From Candidatus Sumerlaeales bacterium (GTDB taxonomy: Bacteria; Sumerlaeota; Sumerlaeia; Sumerlaeales; Sumerlaeaceae), in the NCBI GenBank assembly GCA_038243585.1, contig JBBSQY010000038.1, forward strand, positions 1 to 32,862: DNA of 32,862 nt, in the 5' to 3' direction. Shown here in pieces: positions 27,949 to 32,862 of the stretch (within the stretch, counting starts at the first letter, position 1; each line of letters opens with the position of its first letter). The notes under the pieces were generated by a model. It saw only the letters and a list, made by a program, of their open reading frames with translations. It did not search any database and had not been told where the DNA came from. A program made the position numbers and the translations under genes.

Positions 27949-29052
27949 CTATGCGCTTTGCCATTCTTTCTTGAGAAAGCGAATTAGCGCTTTTTCTTCC
28001 GGCAACAGGTCAGCTACGCCTGCTTTACCGTCGATGCTTTTCATGATGCGTCCAAGTACGCGTCCTTCTGCGAAGGCTTCCATTACCGCCGGATGAATGT
28101 AACATTTGCGGCAGACTGAGGGTGTATTGCCTAAATGGGTCGAAACCTGCTTTACCATCGACGATATATGACGCTTCGCAGCTGCGGCTGATGTGGGAAG
28201 AGGAGATTCTTTAAGCGCAAGAGCTGCGAGGACAGTCCCCCACCAAGTTCGAAAATCTTTGGCCGTGATCGCCTGGCCGGATATTTCTCTCAGATAACGA
28301 TTCACATCTGTGCTGGTTACCCGGCGGTCTATTCCCTTTTCGTCCGTGTATTGAAACAATAAATCCCCAGGGCGGGCCCGGCAATTTTTCACGATTTCGG
28401 CCAAGGCGCAGTCGTTTAATGTTATGTTATGATCTTTGCCACTTTTCCCGGTGAAGTTGAAGCGAATCTCGCACTTGCTTACAGTGACATGGTGCTGTCG
28501 CATGGTTGTAAGCCCGTAACTTGCATTGTCACGGGCGTATGCCTCGTTACCGATGCGAATACAGGTTGCTTCCAACAGACGAACAACAGTCGCCAGAACC
28601 TTTTCCCGGGGGAGGCCGTCTTTTTTCAAGTCAATGTCGACGGCGCTTCTTATGTTTGGGAGACAACGGGAAAACCCGATCAGCTTTTCGTATTTTGATT
28701 GATCCCGCACCAGCCGCCACTTTTCGTGGTACCTGTACTGTTTCCGCCCTCGGGCATCAATCCCTGTTACCTGCAAATGGCTGTCGGTCAATGGACTGAT
28801 CCAGACATCTTTCCACGCCGGCGGGATGACCAAGGCCCTGATACGGGCTAATATATCTTGATTTTTAATGATGCGCCCGCGGCTATCGTGGTACCCGAAA
28901 CCAGTTCCGGATTTTTTGCGGGTTATGCCCGGCTGATCATCCATTACATATTGTAGACCGTTGCACTTAGCCACCATCTTCGGGTCGGCTTTAGAGCGGC
29001 GGCTTGAACAACCGCATGAATCGCTGGATTTAATAGGTGGCAATGCAGACAT
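27949..29052 (-). CDS. Bacterial DNA topoisomerase IB
   Basis: IPPAWKDVWI, GRKQYRYH, IRIGNE.Y, F.GKSGK, TAKDFRTW, LGNTPSVCRKCYIHP (catalytic Tyr). Confidence 0.93.
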   Translation of the reverse strand: MSALPPIKSSDSCGCSSRRSKADPKMVAKCNGLQYVMDDQPGITRKKSGTGFGYHDSRGRIIKNQDILARIRALVIPPAWKDVWISPLTDSHLQVTGIDARGRKQYRYHEKWRLVRDQSKYEKLIGFSRCLPNIRSAVDIDLKKDGLPREKVLATVVRLLEATCIRIGNEAYARDNASYGLTTMRQHHVTVSKCEIRFNFTGKSGKDHNITLNDCALAEIVKNCRARPGDLLFQYTDEKGIDRRVTSTDVNRYLREISGQAITAKDFRTWWGTVLAALALKESPLPTSAAAAKRHISSMVKQVSTHLGNTPSVCRKCYIHPAVMEAFAEGRVLGRIMKSIDGKAGVADLLPEEKALIRFLKKEWQSA

Positions 29053-29149
29053 AGTGGAGCGATACTAGGCAAATATTATACCTATTGTTGCAGGCGTGGA
29101 GGAAGCAGGAAGTTCCACCGGATAATCATGCCGTTAATGGTTAGCAAGG

Positions 29150-31153
29150 TCAGAAAAAACCTTTCCATGACGAGATAAGACCGTCTTTTATAATAGGGGC
29201 GTACGGCGGAAGTCTGCGAATACTAAGCTCGTAGTGGTTCCAGCGATTAAGATCAAGTTCAGATGGGCTCACGAGTTGTTCCGCTAGAGTTGTGTTGCCG
29301 TGAGTCAGCTTAAGGTTTATGACGCCCTCGGTCCCGTTTATCTGGAGCAGACAGATCGCGTCTGCAGTTTCTTTCTGCGGATTCTGGATAAACGCAAGTC
29401 CCATCTGCAACTGGGCATTATTGTCGGCGGCTAGTTTTACATTTACGCCGAAGGTAACAGCGTCGAAAGTATCAGCCGTGTCAAAGGTTGCGATTGTGGA
29501 TGGGATGGTTGTTTGTTGTCCGTTCGCCAAATTCGCAACTTCGAGTTCACGTGCCGGCTCGTGCTTTACCGGCCGCATGCTGTCTGCTTTAATTTCCACC
29601 CACTGACGCATTGTCAGACCTTCCATAAAGATATCGCAGGAGGCATCAGAGCGGCCTTTCGTGGCCAGGACTATTGAAGTTGTAGACTTCTTACCGGAAA
29701 CTGGAGATCCAGGGAGGATAGGGATGCTAATTTCCCGTCGGCCATTTATTGCCACCGCAATCATAACGGGTTTCGTAAACTGGTCGTGGGGCTCAGTCTG
29801 CAACTCCAGTGTATAAACGTTCCAATCATACGGATCAACGTCGCGCTCGGCAAGTACAATGCTTGCCATTTCACGCTCTCCGGCGAGAAGACGTAGCCGG
29901 GGCCGATTGCGTGCATCATGGCTGATCTCGATGTTGAAATTGACGCCTGGGGCGGGATCGGTTGACGACTGGAGTAGCCCGAAGCGCCATGAGCCGCCGC
30001 CGGTAATTAAAGTTTTAATTCGAGCGGATACTTCGCAACCCGATGATGAAGGTGAGAGGTCAATCTTATGTTGGTAACTGAAAAGCTGCTCGCTGTGCTG
30101 GCGCCACAATTTCCGCACGCCAACTTGTTCTACGCCGCCAAATGGCGCTTTGCCCGTCGATCGCTGTAACTGTGTCCATTCCGGAGGAGATTTTCCGACC
30201 AGGATTTTTGACAGACTTTGTTGGTAAATGGTCGTTAAGACCTTCAGGGTAAGATTTTCGCAGGTGGTGTCGTCGGCGGGACCGGTTGCCGGGTTCATAA
30301 CTAATGAGTTGTACATTATCGCGCCGGACTCCAGCGGCATGGCAATTCTACCGCACAGTAGATCATGGCCATTAATACGAGCTGTAATATTCCTTGCCCC
30401 GTGCTGCATATCGGCGCTCCGTACAAGACGCGCAAAGACCGGAAAATGATCTGACGCCGTGAAGACCGGAGGATGCCGAGCGACGTAGCAACTTGTTGCA
30501 ACCAATTCCTTATCCGTCCAAATGTAGTCAATCCGACGAAACGGCGCGATGCTGGAAAACGTTTTAGCGGGGCCAATGCCGTACGCAGCCCACAGATCTG
30601 TGAGCTTTCCAGCGACGGCTTCCACTGCGGCGCTACCGCGACCTTCGTTAAAGTCTCCGACCAGGATTCGCGGAGCATTCGTGAACCGGCTCATTATCGA
30701 AAGGATCTCGACAACGTGCCGACTACGCATTTCACTGTTCAACCCGAGGTGGGTGCAAAATACATGAAATGCCGAGTCGTCTTTTTGAACGGTAACCCTC
30801 ACCATTCCACGCAATTCCTGGCCGGGAAAATCGGTTAGCGCCCAGCTTTCACTGGAAATAATCGGAAGCCGGGTCAGGATGGCATTTCCGTATTCCCACA
30901 GCGGCTTGTTGATCGTTTTTCCGAAGATAGCAGTCCAGTCAGGCCCGAGCTCCGAAGCTAAGGACTTGTCCTGACTTTTGTCAACGCTGTCACGGTTGAC
31001 CTCGTTCAGGCCGATTATATCGAGCGCAGCAGTTTCCAGCACCCTGGCTATGCGCGGCAAGTTGATGATCCTGTCGGTGCCGACGCCGCCGTGGATATTG
31101 TAGACACCGACTTTAAGCGAGGGCGTAATTAGAAAGTCCCGGTCAAATGTGAG
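29150..31153 (-). CDS. Endonuclease/exonuclease/phosphatase (EEP) domain protein with C-terminal beta-sandwich (LamG-like) repeats; start non-canonical or gene disrupted
   Basis: LKVGVYNIHGG (upstream of the called TTG 31060), LNEV, YGNAILTR, THL, GDFN, RIDYI, SDHFPV; frame is open from 31153. Confidence 0.75.
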   Translation of the reverse strand, partial: LTFDRDFLITPSLKVGVYNIHGGVGTDRIINLPRIARVLETAALDIIGLNEVNRDSVDKSQDKSLASELGPDWTAIFGKTINKPLWEYGNAILTRLPIISSESWALTDFPGQELRGMVRVTVQKDDSAFHVFCTHLGLNSEMRSRHVVEILSIMSRFTNAPRILVGDFNEGRGSAAVEAVAGKLTDLWAAYGIGPAKTFSSIAPFRRIDYIWTDKELVATSCYVARHPPVFTASDHFPVFARLVRSADMQHGARNITARINGHDLLCGRIAMPLESGAIMYNSLVMNPATGPADDTTCENLTLKVLTTIYQQSLSKILVGKSPPEWTQLQRSTGKAPFGGVEQVGVRKLWRQHSEQLFSYQHKIDLSPSSSGCEVSARIKTLITGGGSWRFGLLQSSTDPAPGVNFNIEISHDARNRPRLRLLAGEREMASIVLAERDVDPYDWNVYTLELQTEPHDQFTKPVMIAVAINGRREISIPILPGSPVSGKKSTTSIVLATKGRSDASCDIFMEGLTMRQWVEIKADSMRPVKHEPARELEVANLANGQQTTIPSTIATFDTADTFDAVTFGVNVKLAADNNAQLQMGLAFIQNPQKETADAICLLQINGTEGVINLKLTHGNTTLAEQLVSPSELDLNRWNHYELSIRRLPPYAPIIKDGLISSWKGFF

Positions 31154-31990
31154 TTACAGCCCCATGGTTGCGCTGGTGTTGAAGTCTTTCCCCGCCACCT
31201 GCGTTCCGTTTTTGCTTCCTTCAACGGTATAGTTGAAAAGAACTTCCGCAGGCAATCCTGGCTGTATGACTAGGGGGGTTGTCGCGACACCAAACTTCTC
31301 GTGCCAAGCCTTGAGCACATAATCCCCCGGCGGCAAATCAGAAATTTCAAATCTGCCATCGTCGCCGGTTACCGTATAGCCGGGATGATCGAACACCGCA
31401 ACCCAGGCCACCATCCAGGGATGGATGTCAGATTTAAGCTTAATGGCAACTTCTTGCTTATTAAAGGTTACAGAAACTGGGGGGGCGCCGGGAACCATGG
31501 TCTTGTTGTAGCGGGGGTTCTTTTGTGGCTGTGCGTTTACGTTATGTACAGTGGGGTCTGCATTCCGAATATGAAGTGGTTGACCTGTGTGCAAGGCCAG
31601 TACCCTCGGATACATCCCACAATTTTGACGGGTAAGGGCAGCCGGCTGTTTGGATTTGGTGGTCTTATAATAGGAATCGGGACCACCGCTGTCAATCCAA
31701 ACGACCACGTTTTTAAGGGTGTTATTAGAGTTTACTATCAGGTCTTCTCGAAGAAGGGGGCTTTTAGCATCAACCTGTTCACAAAAGCTGTCGCCTGAAA
31801 CTTTCAACTGGGTTGGAGCGGGCGCTGCGCCCACTAAATTGACCTGTCCCTTTACTACACCAGTAGTTTCCGCCGAAACAGCCGGCGATACGGCAGCCAT
31901 TAAACCAAACAACATCACGATTTCTTGCAGTTTCATTTTCGGAATCCTCATAATCTGCCGGCGTCTTAAGGCGATTGCTACATACGTCAT
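31154..31990 (-). CDS. Secreted protein with cupredoxin-like and carboxypeptidase-regulatory-like domains (true start probably a downstream Met)
   Basis: Signal-peptide-like LFGLMAAVSPAVSA; NADPTVHNV, DIHPWM and VT..DG.F.I.DLPPGDY.L.AWHE motifs. Confidence 0.75.
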   Translation of the reverse strand: MTYVAIALRRRQIMRIPKMKLQEIVMLFGLMAAVSPAVSAETTGVVKGQVNLVGAAPAPTQLKVSGDSFCEQVDAKSPLLREDLIVNSNNTLKNVVVWIDSGGPDSYYKTTKSKQPAALTRQNCGMYPRVLALHTGQPLHIRNADPTVHNVNAQPQKNPRYNKTMVPGAPPVSVTFNKQEVAIKLKSDIHPWMVAWVAVFDHPGYTVTGDDGRFEISDLPPGDYVLKAWHEKFGVATTPLVIQPGLPAEVLFNYTVEGSKNGTQVAGKDFNTSATMGL

Positions 31991-32012
31991 TCTTACGCCT
32001 GGATATATCTAT

Positions 32013-32862
32013 TCATGTACCGCCCTGGAACAGCGGCAACGGAACTGGGGTTATACGAGGTTGCTCCGCGCTTCCTGATATGCGAAAAGCCAGAAGCAAT
32101 GCGTTTGATATTTCATCCGCAAGATCAGCGACCGCGCCGATGATAGGAATACTTCCAAATACGCTTTTAAACAGCCGCAGACGGAGCGTCCCGTCAATGG
32201 TCTTAGGCGCAATACCCTTAGACGGGTCGCCGGAGAACCAATAATCTCCGCGCATCTCCAGTTGAAGTCCGTTGGTGTCTAGCGCAAGATCGCGGCTGCT
32301 GATCGCGCCATTGCCCACTTCGAAGGTTGCAGCCTGTGCTGTTTGAAACAGTTTACCACCAAAATTTCGCCCTGTGGTCTGACCAAGTTCCCGAATTACG
32401 GCCGTTCCCCCGATTTCCAGATTTTGCATGAAGCCGGATCCACGGCCAGCGACAGAGCGCGCATTGTTTCCAATACCTTGCAGGCTTACGTTTCCGGTAA
32501 TCATTCCTTGCAGCCTAGGCTGCTCGCGAAAAACCGCCGTCAGTATGCTTTCAAGAGGCATGGACTGTACATCGAGAGAGGTTTCCCAGCGAGGAAACTG
32601 CTGCGGGCTCCAGACAAAGGATTCTATCCGACCATTCCCAATGATACGCCCAAGACCGGGTCGATTGCCTTGAATGACCACGTTTTGAAGCTCGGTTACG
32701 CGGGGTGTTTTGTCCTGAGTCATACTAAAAAGAATTTTCGCCTGGCTCCGGCCTGCTTCCTGCCCACGAAAAACGACTGCGGGAGCAGAAATGTCCGCTT
32801 CAAAATCGAATTTTTTTCCCGTCATAGGCGGGGTGTCTAGATCCGGTAGGGCCTTGCCCCAG
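32013..32862 (-). CDS. AsmA-like C-terminal domain protein, partial (runs off the window end)
   Basis: Frame is open to the window edge (WGKALPDLDTPPM...); beta-rich with C-terminal IPIIG...FRISGS...P pattern. Confidence 0.7.
   Translation of the reverse strand, partial: WGKALPDLDTPPMTGKKFDFEADISAPAVVFRGQEAGRSQAKILFSMTQDKTPRVTELQNVVIQGNRPGLGRIIGNGRIESFVWSPQQFPRWETSLDVQSMPLESILTAVFREQPRLQGMITGNVSLQGIGNNARSVAGRGSGFMQNLEIGGTAVIRELGQTTGRNFGGKLFQTAQAATFEVGNGAISSRDLALDTNGLQLEMRGDYWFSGDPSKGIAPKTIDGTLRLRLFKSVFGSIPIIGAVADLADEISNALLLAFRISGSAEQPRITPVPLPLFQGGT

Noticed and set aside
27949..29052. TopIB as a tyrosine recombinase marking a mobile element
   Set aside because: Motifs are those of bacterial topoisomerase IB; no att-like repeats, tRNA target or other mobility genes are nearby.

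Overview
A 32.9-kb bacterial core-chromosome segment; the RND pump and AsmA-like protein indicate a diderm organism, but the taxon cannot be fixed from this sequence. It carries rpmI-rplT, an alpha/beta hydrolase, an RND efflux pair, two different RecQ helicases, a membrane glycosylation cluster (O-antigen-ligase-like, ArnT/PMT-like GT-C, flippase-like) coupled to a 3-methyladenine glycosylase, adenosine deaminase, MarR, an orphan hisH, an aspartate aminotransferase, an aroC-(aroK::cmk fusion)-plsC operon, a DUF4912 protein, a SAM methyltransferase, CsbD, type IB topoisomerase, an EEP-family gene with irregular ends, a secreted cupredoxin-like protein and a partial AsmA-like gene. I see no tRNA, rRNA, transposase, integrase, CRISPR array or recognisable defence system. 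The most notable observations are: (1) an EEP gene whose conserved N-terminal motif has no canonical start codon and sits in frame behind the TAA of the upstream secreted protein, and whose 3' end has a slippery T-TTT-TTC-TGA with an apparent -1 frame continuation; (2) a shikimate kinase-cytidylate kinase fusion; (3) candidate sigma54 promoters before csbD, DUF4912, add and topIB, one of them palindromic and possibly bidirectional; (4) GTAG-type REP elements, two of which supply gene stop codons; (5) a structured rpmI-rplT spacer; (6) a strongly acidic N-terminal extension on adenosine deaminase. All family assignments come from motif recognition, not database searches.
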